Shown piece by piece: positions 1-8,391 of a stretch of DNA of 22,194 nt (position 1 is its first letter; each line of letters opens with the position of its first letter). The notes below the pieces were generated by a model that was not told the origin of the DNA, did not search any database, and saw only the letters and a program-made list of their open reading frames with translations. Both the position numbers and the translations under genes were made by a program. This DNA comes from an uncultured bacterium. Lineage in GTDB: Bacteria; SAR324; NAC60-12. Location of the stretch: NCBI GenBank assembly GCA_965662845.1, contig CBFIJD010000036.1, positions 7,933 through 30,126 of the forward strand, in the 5' to 3' direction.

Positions 1-1
1 C

Positions 2-598
2 CCCCTAGAGCTCCGGCTGTTCATTTCTGACATCACAGAGACCGTCGAGCAGGAGCAAGCGCTGCATCAATTGGAGGCTTGGTTCCGCTACACAGCACGT
101 GTCGGCGAGATCTTCCCGTGGCGCGAAAATCCCCAAACCCGACACTTTGAATATCTGGACGAGCACGTCTGGTCTTTTGTGAACGTCCCTGAAGCGCTGC
201 GTTTGCAGCCGATGACGGAGCTTTTCCGCGCGCACATTGAGCCGCGCGTGCTGCCGGAGGACTTGCCGCAGTTTCGTCAAATGATGAACTACATGGACTA
301 CGGCATGCCCTTCGATGTGACGTATCGGCGCGCTGTCGACGAAAAGGGCGACCACGTCCGCAAGCTGCGGGTGGTTGGAACGCGCATTCTGGATCCCCAC
401 AAACACGCTTACTATGTGGGAGTCGTGCGCGACATCACCGACGAGGCGCTGCCCTTGCGGCCTTCACAAAATCTGATGTTGACGGAGGTGCGGACTCGCC
501 TGCACCAGATTCAAGAACTGGCCGAGCAGCAAGGCGTCGCCGGGATCGCGAACCACGTCACACACATGCAAAAGCTGCTGTCGCAGCTCGAAGGCTAG
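2..598 (+). CDS. PAS/PAC-domain protein, 3' part (5'-truncated by window edge)
   Basis: Frame is open from position 2 (PLELRLFISDITETVEQEQALHQLEAWF...), so the ORF-track TTG start at 71 is internal. Two PAC-like ends (FISDITE, VGVVRDITDE) and a PAS_3-like 'RVLPEDLPQFRQMM' segment. Stop TAG 596-598. Confidence 0.7.
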   Translation, partial: PLELRLFISDITETVEQEQALHQLEAWFRYTARVGEIFPWRENPQTRHFEYLDEHVWSFVNVPEALRLQPMTELFRAHIEPRVLPEDLPQFRQMMNYMDYGMPFDVTYRRAVDEKGDHVRKLRVVGTRILDPHKHAYYVGVVRDITDEALPLRPSQNLMLTEVRTRLHQIQELAEQQGVAGIANHVTHMQKLLSQLEG

Positions 599-1239
599 AC
601 GTCTTTTTTGAGGTAGAGGGGCTGAAGTTCGGCAAGCGCGACAGCGGGAGCGCTCGTCGCGGTGACTGCGCGAAAGATCATCCACGCGTCAGGTAGGGGA
701 TAGGCTAAGGGAAGCTGCTGCAGCTCATCAAAGAGGGGCTCCGGCTTCGCGGCGAGGCGCTGCAGTCGTCCTCGCGTCTGCGTCGTGGCCTCTGGGAGAT
801 CGGCAAAACTCGTGAGCTGAATGGGGCTTTGCCGGGCGGGCACACCGTCTGCGCCGTGCGCAAACCAGGCCCAGAAGACTTCTTGGCGCGTGCAATTGAG
901 ATAGACAGGGAAGGCCTCAGGTTGAGGCGCAACCTGCATCGCTAGCACCTGTAGACTGTCGACGGCATGGACTGGGATGTGGCGCACTTGGGCCAGCGTC
1001 TTCACGAGGCTCAGCCCAATCCGCACTCCTGTATAAGAGCCCGGCCCCCGAGTCACATACAACGCGCCCACTTCTTCAAGGTCCCAACGCAGGTTTTGCA
1101 GCAGCTCATCCAACACCTCCAAGGCGATCGTCGCGTTCCGCCGGCGGCAGAGCGAGAAGTAATTCGCACGAAGTTGGCCCTCTTCAAGCAAGCCCACGCT
1201 CAGATTTTCAAACAACGTGTCCAAGACCAAAACTCTCAT
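595..1239 (-). CDS. tsaB: tRNA threonylcarbamoyladenosine biosynthesis protein TsaB (YeaZ)
   Basis: N-terminus MRVLVLDT, signature GPGSYTGVRIGLS, 'VDSLQVLA', C-terminal 'LQPLYLK'. ATG at 1239 overlaps the tsaE stop (ATGA), so it is preferred over the ORF-track start at 1296. Confidence 0.93.
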   Translation of the reverse strand: MRVLVLDTLFENLSVGLLEEGQLRANYFSLCRRRNATIALEVLDELLQNLRWDLEEVGALYVTRGPGSYTGVRIGLSLVKTLAQVRHIPVHAVDSLQVLAMQVAPQPEAFPVYLNCTRQEVFWAWFAHGADGVPARQSPIQLTSFADLPEATTQTRGRLQRLAAKPEPLFDELQQLPLAYPLPDAWMIFRAVTATSAPAVALAELQPLYLKKDV

Positions 1240-1694
1240 GCGGCTAGCTCCTGAAACAACGGCGAGTCGCTCTCCAAGCGCAATTCGCGCGTGCATTCTC
1301 CGGTCGCCTGCAATTGCAAGCGCAGCGTGGGTTCTTGATCGAGCAAGGGAAGCAGCAAGTCAGGCCACTCGACCAGTGTCACACCGTCCGCGCTGATCAG
1401 ATCGTCGCGATCAAAATCATCTAACTCGCCTGCGGTCTGGATGCGATAGAGGTCAAGGTGGTGGATCATGCCAACGGAAGCAGGGTACATGTTGACTAAG
1501 GTATAGGTGGGCGAAATGACAATATTGGGGTCGACTCCTAGCCCCGCACAAATCTGTTTGATGAGCGTGGTTTTGCCGCTGCCCATCGCGCCAAAAAACA
1601 GCAGCACGGCCCCGCTGAACAGTTGGGAACCCAAACGGCGACCTGCCGTGGCCGTGGCTTCGAGATCAGGGAGTTGCCAAGTCACAGAGAGCAT
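1236..1694 (-). CDS. tsaE: tRNA threonylcarbamoyladenosine biosynthesis ATPase TsaE (YjeE)
   Basis: Walker A GAMGSGKTT plus SPTYTLVN, HLDLYRI and VEW motifs; 152 aa; coupled to tsaB. Confidence 0.96.
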   Translation of the reverse strand: MLSVTWQLPDLEATATAGRRLGSQLFSGAVLLFFGAMGSGKTTLIKQICAGLGVDPNIVISPTYTLVNMYPASVGMIHHLDLYRIQTAGELDDFDRDDLISADGVTLVEWPDLLLPLLDQEPTLRLQLQATGECTRELRLESDSPLFQELAA

Positions 1695-1696
1695 GC

Positions 1697-2335
1697 GTGA
1701 GACACCGTAAAGTATTGTTGCAGTGCGAGCGACTTTGCTACCAAGCGGAAGGCGAAGTCCCCGATGTTTGGGAGGTCAGCTGGCAACTCTGCGTGGGAGA
1801 AAGCGCGCAGTGGCGCTGTGCGCGGGCCGAGCAACAAGAGACCGTGTGGCGTCTGCTACATCAGCAGCTACGTCCTCAGCGTGGCCAGCTAGTGTTGCCA
1901 GACCCCCGCTATTGCTACAGCGATATGCGGGTTCGGCAAGGACTCAACGAGAACCACACGCTCTCGGAGGCGCTGCGTTCTCCGCGCTTTGAAACACGTC
2001 CCTGGAGTCGCGGACACCGCCGCTCATGGGAGCTGCTCGCCGATCAGCTGGAGATCTCCTCGGCGCAGCTGCGTCACCCGCTGGGCGCGTGGCGTTCGCC
2101 TTGGAGAGAGCGGGCCCTCTGGCTCTGTCTGCTCTGTGTGGAGACGCCGCTGCTGCTGCTTTCTTTTGCGCCACAGCTGCTGGACGAGGTGTCTTTTGCG
2201 TTGGTCGCCCCGTGGTGTCAAGACAGGACAGGAGGGATGTTGTGGCTGGGGGAAGCAAAGTGGCCCCTGCCCTGCGATCAAGTGTGGTCGCTGCAGGCGG
2301 ATGGATCGCTGGTTCTCGCAGACAATCAGACGTGA
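1697..2335 (+). CDS. Degenerate (catalytically dead) ABC-ATPase-like protein
   Basis: Motif order matches the ABC nucleotide-binding-domain scaffold: LLQCERLCYQ..VSWQLCVGE; LLHQQLRPQRGQLVL; RERALWLCLLCVETPLLLLSFAPQLLD; CDQVWSLQADGSLV. Walker A, LSGGQ, Walker B DE and H-loop are absent. Start uncertain (GTG 1697 or TTG 1715). Confidence 0.55.
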   Translation: MRHRKVLLQCERLCYQAEGEVPDVWEVSWQLCVGESAQWRCARAEQQETVWRLLHQQLRPQRGQLVLPDPRYCYSDMRVRQGLNENHTLSEALRSPRFETRPWSRGHRRSWELLADQLEISSAQLRHPLGAWRSPWRERALWLCLLCVETPLLLLSFAPQLLDEVSFALVAPWCQDRTGGMLWLGEAKWPLPCDQVWSLQADGSLVLADNQT

Positions 2336-2880
2336 CCAGACTTCACAAACGTCGCGGTGAAGGAGTTGAGGCCCAAGCGTTCTAGGGTGCATTCCCAGCG
2401 TTCCTCATAGGCCATGTCCATCATCAGGCTGTCATCCAACGGAGCGAGCCACCACGACTCGTCTTGAATTTCGCGATCAAGCTGAAATGCGCCCCACCCC
2501 GCGTAGCCCACCCCCAGATGATAGGTCTGTGGGCCATTGCCTTCCATGATCGCTAACAGCACATCTTGCGCAGAACTCAAGGCGATGCGGTCAGAGATTT
2601 CAGTGCTGGACTCACACAAGAAGTCGGGGCTGTGCACACACCAAAACGACTCGGGTTGCACGGGGCCTCCGATGAGCAAGGGGACGTCAAAATCTGGAAA
2701 GTCGTTGATTTCGTCTTTCAAGACCTCTTTCACTTGCACTTGCGAAGGGTTGTTCATCACGAGCCCGAAAGCGCCTTCTTCGTTGTAGTTGCACAGCAAG
2801 ATCGTGGTCTTTTCAAAGTATGGATCCCGCAGTGTGGGCAACGCCACCAAAACGCCCGGTGTCAAATCAGTGTCGGTCAT
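2326..2880 (-). CDS. yqgE: YqgE/AlgH family (UPF0301, DUF179) protein
   Basis: LVALPTLRDPYFEKT, GAFGLVMN, GGPVQ, GYAGWGAFQLDREI..W motifs; GAGGGG RBS upstream of the ATG. Confidence 0.93.
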   Translation of the reverse strand: MTDTDLTPGVLVALPTLRDPYFEKTTILLCNYNEEGAFGLVMNNPSQVQVKEVLKDEINDFPDFDVPLLIGGPVQPESFWCVHSPDFLCESSTEISDRIALSSAQDVLLAIMEGNGPQTYHLGVGYAGWGAFQLDREIQDESWWLAPLDDSLMMDMAYEERWECTLERLGLNSFTATFVKSGHV

Positions 2881-2986
2881 ATCCCCTCATAAAGCGGAAA
2901 AGCCATTGCCTTCTATGTTTGATTTCCGTTAGCTTGAAAAAATTTCGCAGACTGCCCCGCCATTTTCTGAGTTGCAAGAAAAAAAG

Positions 2987-4000
2987 ATGTCCACTAGCGA
3001 TCCTCGACGTTTGGCCTCGGTCTACCTAGAACAAATCCGCTACCGCGCCTCTGAGGGCCCCTCGTGTCGTGAAGTGTCTACTACCCTACAAGACATTTTT
3101 CATGCCGCCGGACAACAAAATCTATTTTTGCTCGCGCGCTTGCGTCAAATGTGGTCCTCGCAGATTGATCCCTTTTTGGCGCAGCACACGTTTCCTCGCA
3201 ACTTGGCCTATGTGTATGAATACACCTTGAACCGAGAGCTGCTGCCGTCGGCGCTAGAACCGGCAGACTGGGACAAAGCCTTACAGCGCACGCTGGGCAA
3301 AATGTTCAGCACCCCCGCGATGCTACGCGGCTCCGTGCGGAAGCTCTTGCGGCGGCCTCTCTCGGCCTCGGAACAGGAGCTTTTGGCCGTGTGGACGCAA
3401 TCCACGTGGCAGGGGCGCATGTTGCACTTGACCGTGTATGATGGCGCTTTTGTCCAGGCCATACGCTTGGAACAGTCCGCTTATCTGGCAATGTTTCACG
3501 AGGTCTTGCCCCAGCTGCGCCTGCTTGAGATTCGCGCGCATGTGGGCGACCCCGATCAAATGCGGCTCGATCAACAAGCCCTGCAAGAGCTGGCCGAGCA
3601 CTGGAGCGAGCTGCCAGACCACCTGCAACGAGGCCTTGTGCCGGGGTTTGTGCATCGGGCGTCCAAGTTCCGCGCGGTGTTGATGCTGCATCCCACTTCA
3701 GAAGGCGCAGCGGCGCAGTGGCCGCAATGGCGGAGGCGGTTCACGGAGTGGCTACAGCTCACGCTCCCCCAGCTGGCCCAAGAGTTTCACGACATCGCGC
3801 TGTTGTCTCAAACGCGCGGCGCCGAGCAGTTTCAGCGTTTGAAGGCCCAAGGAGAGTCGGCGTCTTTAGTAAGACCACCCGCAGAGCCGGCCACCCCAGC
3901 TCAAGCTACGGAGTTCACGCTCTCCACCGAGGAACGTGTTCACAACATCCTGGAGCGCTTGCGCAAGAAACCGGCGCGCTCTGGGCCAGAACCGCCGTGA
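2987..4000 (+). CDS. DciA/DUF721-like protein with an internal insertion and a second degenerate DUF721-like repeat
   Basis: 'LARLRQMWSSQIDPFLAQHTFP....GRMLHLTVYDGAFVQAIRLEQSAYLAMF...LLEIRAHVG' follows the DUF721 pattern W..(i)..ht.P...G.L.v.v....(w).qel......i.f.vg. A second similar segment follows. ATG 2987 or TTG 2972. Confidence 0.55.
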   Translation: MSTSDPRRLASVYLEQIRYRASEGPSCREVSTTLQDIFHAAGQQNLFLLARLRQMWSSQIDPFLAQHTFPRNLAYVYEYTLNRELLPSALEPADWDKALQRTLGKMFSTPAMLRGSVRKLLRRPLSASEQELLAVWTQSTWQGRMLHLTVYDGAFVQAIRLEQSAYLAMFHEVLPQLRLLEIRAHVGDPDQMRLDQQALQELAEHWSELPDHLQRGLVPGFVHRASKFRAVLMLHPTSEGAAAQWPQWRRRFTEWLQLTLPQLAQEFHDIALLSQTRGAEQFQRLKAQGESASLVRPPAEPATPAQATEFTLSTEERVHNILERLRKKPARSGPEPP

Positions 4001-4048
4001 CGTGGGACCCTCATTGGGGGCTGAGTCTCTTCTCGCAGCAGCGGTTCG

Positions 4049-4060
4049 TTTGTGCACAAA
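4049..4060. promoter_or_regulatory. Perfect 12-bp palindrome upstream of ppnN, possible operator
   Basis: TTTGTGCACAAA, ending 33 nt before the ppnN ATG in a 93-bp intergenic gap. Confidence 0.3.
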
Positions 4061-4093
4061 TCTTCTTTTCTCCCATATCAAGACAACTAACCT

Positions 4094-5431
4094 ATGGACG
4101 CAACCATCACTCTCGGGCGAGGCTCAGAACATCTCTCTCGGCAAGAACTCAGCATTTTGATGGATCACAGCGAACACGGCCTCCATCGTCTCTTTAGCAA
4201 CAGCGCGCTGGCCGTGCTCAACTGTGGAAACCCGATGAACGACACGCTGGAGCTGCGTCAGCGCTATCAAGACTTTCGCATCGAAATCACGCAGGGGGCG
4301 TGGGGCAATCTCTTGCAGCTTTACAACGCGCCTGAGTCGGCGTTTGTGGATGGTGAGATCATCTTGGGGTTGCAAGAGATGCTGTATGCGGTGCTGCGGG
4401 ACACGGTCTACCCGCGTCTGCATCAACCTCCTGAGACCTCTGCCGACATCACAAACTTGGTGTTTCACATGCTGCGCAACGCCGGGGTGTTCACTTCCAA
4501 TACAACCCCCAATCTAGTGGTGTGTTGGGGGGGGCACCGCATCAACCGGACGGAGTACCTATACACCAAGGAGGTTGGGCATCAGCTTGGCTTGCGACTG
4601 CTCGACATTTGCACAGGGTGTGGGGCGGGCGCAATGAAGGGGCCCATGAAAGGCGCGACGATTGGGCACGCCAAACAGCGCAAGAGCAACGGCCGCTACA
4701 TCGGCGTGAGCGAACCGCAGATCATCGCAGCAGAGTCACCGAACCCCATCGTGAACGACCTGGTGGTGATGCCAGACATCGAGAAGCGCCTCGAAGCGTT
4801 CGTGCGGCTCGGACACGGCATCTTGGTCTTTCCAGGAGGCGTTGGGACGGCAGAAGAGATTCTCTATTTGCTCGGCATCTTGTTGCACCCGCAGAACGCA
4901 GAGGTCCCGCTTCCGCTGATTTTTACGGGCCCCGCCGAAGCCAAAGGCTATTTTGAGCAAATTGACGCATTCATCGCCACGACCCTGGGCCCCGCAGCCC
5001 AGCGGTGCTACGAGATCATCATTGACGATCCAACCCAAGTCGCGCGCGCCATGCTGCAGGGCTTGGAGCGCGTCCAACACTTCCGTGGGGAGCGCGCAGA
5101 CGCGCAGTATTTCAATTGGAATCTCCACATCGAAGCGGAGTTCCAACACTCGTTTCATCCCACGCACGAGAATATGCGGCAATTGGAACTGCACCGCGAT
5201 CAAAAGCCGCATTTGCTCGCTGCAGCGCTGCGGCGGGCGTTTTCGGGGATCGTCTGTGGAAACGTCAAAGAGGCGGGCATCGTCGCGATCAAAGAACACG
5301 GCCCCTTTGAAATTCACGGAGACCCTGAGATGATGCGCCCGATGGATGCGCTCCTCGCCGCGTTTCAGCGACAGGGCCGCATGGGCCCCACCGAGACCGA
5401 GACGTCTGCCAGCTATCGCATTGTGGTGTGA
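4094..5431 (+). CDS. ppnN: Pyrimidine/purine nucleotide 5'-monophosphate nucleosidase PpnN (YgdH), LOG family
   Basis: SALAVLNCG, PNLVVCWGGH, ICTGCGAGAMKGPMKGATIGHAKQR, MPDIEKRLEAFVR, PGGVGTAEE (LOG motif), LRRAFSGIVCGNVKE; 445 aa. Confidence 0.95.
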   Translation: MDATITLGRGSEHLSRQELSILMDHSEHGLHRLFSNSALAVLNCGNPMNDTLELRQRYQDFRIEITQGAWGNLLQLYNAPESAFVDGEIILGLQEMLYAVLRDTVYPRLHQPPETSADITNLVFHMLRNAGVFTSNTTPNLVVCWGGHRINRTEYLYTKEVGHQLGLRLLDICTGCGAGAMKGPMKGATIGHAKQRKSNGRYIGVSEPQIIAAESPNPIVNDLVVMPDIEKRLEAFVRLGHGILVFPGGVGTAEEILYLLGILLHPQNAEVPLPLIFTGPAEAKGYFEQIDAFIATTLGPAAQRCYEIIIDDPTQVARAMLQGLERVQHFRGERADAQYFNWNLHIEAEFQHSFHPTHENMRQLELHRDQKPHLLAAALRRAFSGIVCGNVKEAGIVAIKEHGPFEIHGDPEMMRPMDALLAAFQRQGRMGPTETETSASYRIVV

Positions 5432-5432
5432 C

Positions 5433-6065
5433 ATGATGCCCTTTCCCCCCATCCCCGAACGAAACCTACAAGAGCTACAGTCCTCGATCGACGCGATGCG
5501 CGCGCAGCGTCCCGAACAGCGCGACGTCTGGATCTTCGCGTACGGATCCCTCATGTGGAACCCTGAGATTCACTTGCGCGAAGCCCGCATCGCGACGCTG
5601 GACGGCTTCCACCGGCAGTTTTGTCTGTGGTGCACCGACTATCGAGGCACTTCTGAGAGCCCAGGGCTGGTGCTGGGATTGGAGCCAGGGGCCCGCTGCA
5701 CTGGGCGAGCGCTCTGTGTTGCTGAAGAATTTTGTGCCACCGAGCTGCTCACGATTTGGAAGCGGGAGATGTTCTCTGATGCCTACATCCCCACGTGGGT
5801 CACATTGCAAACGGAGACGGAACCCTTAGACGCCATCGCCTTTGTGGTCAACGTGCAGCACCCGCAATATGTGCAGCCCCGCCTCTCCCTCTCCGAGATC
5901 GCGCACATCATCGCTCGCGCTCAGGGGAATCGAGGGCCCTGTACAGAATACTTAAACGAAACCGTCCACTGCCTGCGCCGCTTCGGCATCCACGACGCAG
6001 AGCTAGAAAATCTGTTTCACTTAGTCCAAGACGAGGTGCAGGGCACAAGGGGAGAGGGAACCTGA
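5433..6065 (+). CDS. chaC: ChaC-family glutathione-specific gamma-glutamylcyclotransferase
   Basis: VWIFAYGSLMWNP, YRGTSESPGLVLGL, WKREM, G..GPCTEYL motifs. ATG at 5433/5436 directly follows the ppnN stop (5431). Confidence 0.92.
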   Translation: MMPFPPIPERNLQELQSSIDAMRAQRPEQRDVWIFAYGSLMWNPEIHLREARIATLDGFHRQFCLWCTDYRGTSESPGLVLGLEPGARCTGRALCVAEEFCATELLTIWKREMFSDAYIPTWVTLQTETEPLDAIAFVVNVQHPQYVQPRLSLSEIAHIIARAQGNRGPCTEYLNETVHCLRRFGIHDAELENLFHLVQDEVQGTRGEGT

Positions 6066-6066
6066 C

Positions 6067-6390
6067 TCAGCGCGGGGAGCGAACCGAAGCCGTAGCACGA
6101 AGATAGCGCGAGGCGCTGTCAGACCAGCGACGGAACGACAAGATTAGGTCAAACAACCACGGCGCATAGCGGCCACACCAAAACAGCAAGCAGACGCTCG
6201 GTTCTTCGCGGCGACGCCCAAGAAAGCGCAACAACAGATCAAACAACTCTGGGGAGCGTTGACCAATCCAAAACAAGAGGAACACGCGAGGTTCTTGAAG
6301 CGGGCCGCCTTGCCAAGAGCGAGCGGCGTGAGGAGGCGCAGGGCGAGGACAACGTTGCCGAGGAGCGACCGCCGCAGGGGGCGTAGACAT
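6067..6390 (-). CDS. Small hypothetical protein with two 30-aa repeats
   Basis: GGAG RBS 6 nt before the ATG. Repeats EPRVFLLFWIGQRSPELFDLLLRF / EPSVCLLFWCGRYAPWLFDLILSF with a 90-nt period (TCAAACAAC at 6149 and 6239). Confidence 0.6.
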   Translation of the reverse strand: MSTPPAAVAPRQRCPRPAPPHAARSWQGGPLQEPRVFLLFWIGQRSPELFDLLLRFLGRRREEPSVCLLFWCGRYAPWLFDLILSFRRWSDSASRYLRATASVRSPR

Positions 6391-6733
6391 GAGGATCTCC
6401 AGTTGGGCGAATGCAGTCTGGGTTCAAAGGTATCATCCAGAGGGGGAGAGGGGCCATCCGTCCATGGAATCGAAAGCCCAAAAAAGTAGAGGAATCGAGG
6501 GGCAGCATCAACCCATTTTTGAAGAAATAACGTCTTTGGTTGTAATTTTTTCGCCGAACTTCCTTTGGACGCGCTCCTTTTTCGGGGAAAGTTCTTGTCA
6601 CCAAGCGGTCACGTCTTGGCAAAAAGGCTTGTCAACTGCAACAAAACTGCGATAACGTCACTTTTCTTGCGATTCAACCTCGACACTTCGCACCGCTTCT
6701 CTGCGTTCTCTCCCGCACAGGACACTCTCCTCT

Positions 6734-7627
6734 ATGAACATATTGATCGCCGACGCGAATCCCGAAACTCGGGATCAACTCCGCATGTTTTTGGAAGGCA
6801 TGGAGCACCAAGTCTGTGTCGCCGAGAATGGTGAGGAGGCGCTAGAACGATTTAAGGAAGAGAAAGACATCCAAGCGGTGTTTAGCGGCCTCGTGATGCC
6901 CAAACTGGGGGGGTTAGAGCTCCTGAAAGAGCTGAAGCTCCTGCACCGCAAGCTCCCGTTTGTGATCCTCATTCCGCTGGACTCTCCTGAGACTGCACGC
7001 CAAGCGCTCCGTCTCGGGGCCTGTGACTTTCTGATCAAGCCCTTCAGCAACCGAGACTTGTACCGCACGCTCAAGCGCGTCAACTCACTCACAGCCGATT
7101 CTCGTTTTAGCAACTATTGTCTGGAACACTCTGTGCTGGAGTCGCGGACTATTGAGATGGAGAACGACTTTGAATACATCAGCTCCATCACGACGTTTAT
7201 CACCCGCAACTTGCCGAAGTATGAACTCCTGCGGCCAGAAGAACTCTTCACGATTCGGATTGTGCTCAAAGAGGCCCTGGAGAACGCTCTGCTGCATGGG
7301 AATCTGGAGATGACCGACAGCCTCCCGACGCTGAGCTATGAGGAGATGCTCAACTCCATCGCCGAGCGTCGCGAAGAAGACCCCTATCGCAACCGGCGGG
7401 TGTTGCTGAGCTTCGAGATCAGCCGAAACGCCGCCAAATACGTCATTCGAGATGAAGGCAAAGGCTTTGACGTGCAGGCGGAGTTGGGCTCACAAGAGCC
7501 CGAAGACATCTTCCAGAACACAGGCAAGGGACTGCTGCTAATCACTAACTTCATGCACGAAGTCTTCTGGAACGACCGTGGCAATGAAATCACTATGATC
7601 CGCTATCGGAAGCGCAAAAAAAACTGA
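6734..7627 (+). CDS. Atypical receiver domain fused to an RsbW/SpoIIAB-like ATPase/Ser kinase domain (HATPase_c_2)
   Basis: CheY-like N-terminus (MNILIAD...AENGEEALE...MPKLGGLELL...GACDFLIKPF). C-terminal N-box EALENALLHGN, G1 IRDEGKGFD, G2 GKGLLLI, tail EVFWNDRGNEITM; no HisKA domain. Confidence 0.88.
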   Translation: MNILIADANPETRDQLRMFLEGMEHQVCVAENGEEALERFKEEKDIQAVFSGLVMPKLGGLELLKELKLLHRKLPFVILIPLDSPETARQALRLGACDFLIKPFSNRDLYRTLKRVNSLTADSRFSNYCLEHSVLESRTIEMENDFEYISSITTFITRNLPKYELLRPEELFTIRIVLKEALENALLHGNLEMTDSLPTLSYEEMLNSIAERREEDPYRNRRVLLSFEISRNAAKYVIRDEGKGFDVQAELGSQEPEDIFQNTGKGLLLITNFMHEVFWNDRGNEITMIRYRKRKKN

Positions 7628-7629
7628 GG

Positions 7630-8358
7630 ATGAAGCCCAAACTGCTCTGCATTGCGTTGGCGAGCTTAGGACTAGCCGCCTGCACCAACACCACCGACTC
7701 CAACATTCGCACCCCCGCGCGCGAACTCTACAACCAAGCCGTCATCGCCACTGAAGACCAATTTTACACCGAGGCCGAAGACCTCTTCACTCGCCTGACC
7801 GACGAGCACGCGGGCACCCGCCTCGCCACTCTCGCCCACCTGCGCTTAGGAGAGCTGCGCTTCCAGCGCAAACAGTGGGATGAAGCCGAGACCAGCTTCC
7901 GCGCCTTCTTGCTACGCAACCCCCAAAGTCACCTCACGCCCCACGTGCTCAGCCGGATCATTGCGCTCAACTATGAACGCAACCTCTACGGTTTGCTCTT
8001 CCCCTCGCGCTCTTTTGACCGTGACATGGAACCCAACCGCAAAATTGTGCAAGAATATCAACGCTTTTATCTGCTCTATCGCCAAAGCAGCTACTTGGAA
8101 GATGTGCAAGAGCTGATGCTCCGCGCGCGCAATGACCTCGCGGAATACGAACTCATCGTAGGCAACTACTACTTCTCGCAGCAAGCCTACAACTCAGCGA
8201 TTGAGCGCTATCTCCTGCTCTTGCGCGACTACCCAGAGTTCGCACGCACCACCGAAGTCGTCCGTCGTCTGATCGACGCTTACGAACGAAACCAACAGCC
8301 GGAAAAAGCCAACGAGATGCGCCGCGCGCTTCAGTTCAACGCAGCGCTCCCCACCTGA
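7630..8358 (+). CDS. bamD: Outer membrane protein assembly lipoprotein BamD
   Basis: Lipobox LAAC, TPR helices, 'DRD', 'RNDLAEYELIVGNYY', 'AIERY..LLRDYP'; 242 aa. Confidence 0.88.
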   Translation: MKPKLLCIALASLGLAACTNTTDSNIRTPARELYNQAVIATEDQFYTEAEDLFTRLTDEHAGTRLATLAHLRLGELRFQRKQWDEAETSFRAFLLRNPQSHLTPHVLSRIIALNYERNLYGLLFPSRSFDRDMEPNRKIVQEYQRFYLLYRQSSYLEDVQELMLRARNDLAEYELIVGNYYFSQQAYNSAIERYLLLLRDYPEFARTTEVVRRLIDAYERNQQPEKANEMRRALQFNAALPT

Positions 8359-8391
8359 ACTCTTCTTTAACCTCCCGCCGCCAACAGATCT

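Noticed and set aside
595..598. Convergent stop codons sharing CTAG
   Set aside because: Common 4-bp convergent overlap with no special significance.
4736..5554. 272-aa minus-strand ORF
   Set aside because: Antisense to ppnN/chaC, with no independent motif or RBS support.
6616..6634. Possible sigma54 promoter TGGCAAAAAGGCTTGT
   Set aside because: GG-to-GC spacing is off by one and the -12 GC is missing.
6239..6655. Overlapping short ORFs or an ncRNA in the 6391-6733 gap
   Set aside because: No motifs, RBS or recognisable riboswitch/ncRNA structure; most simply a divergent promoter region.
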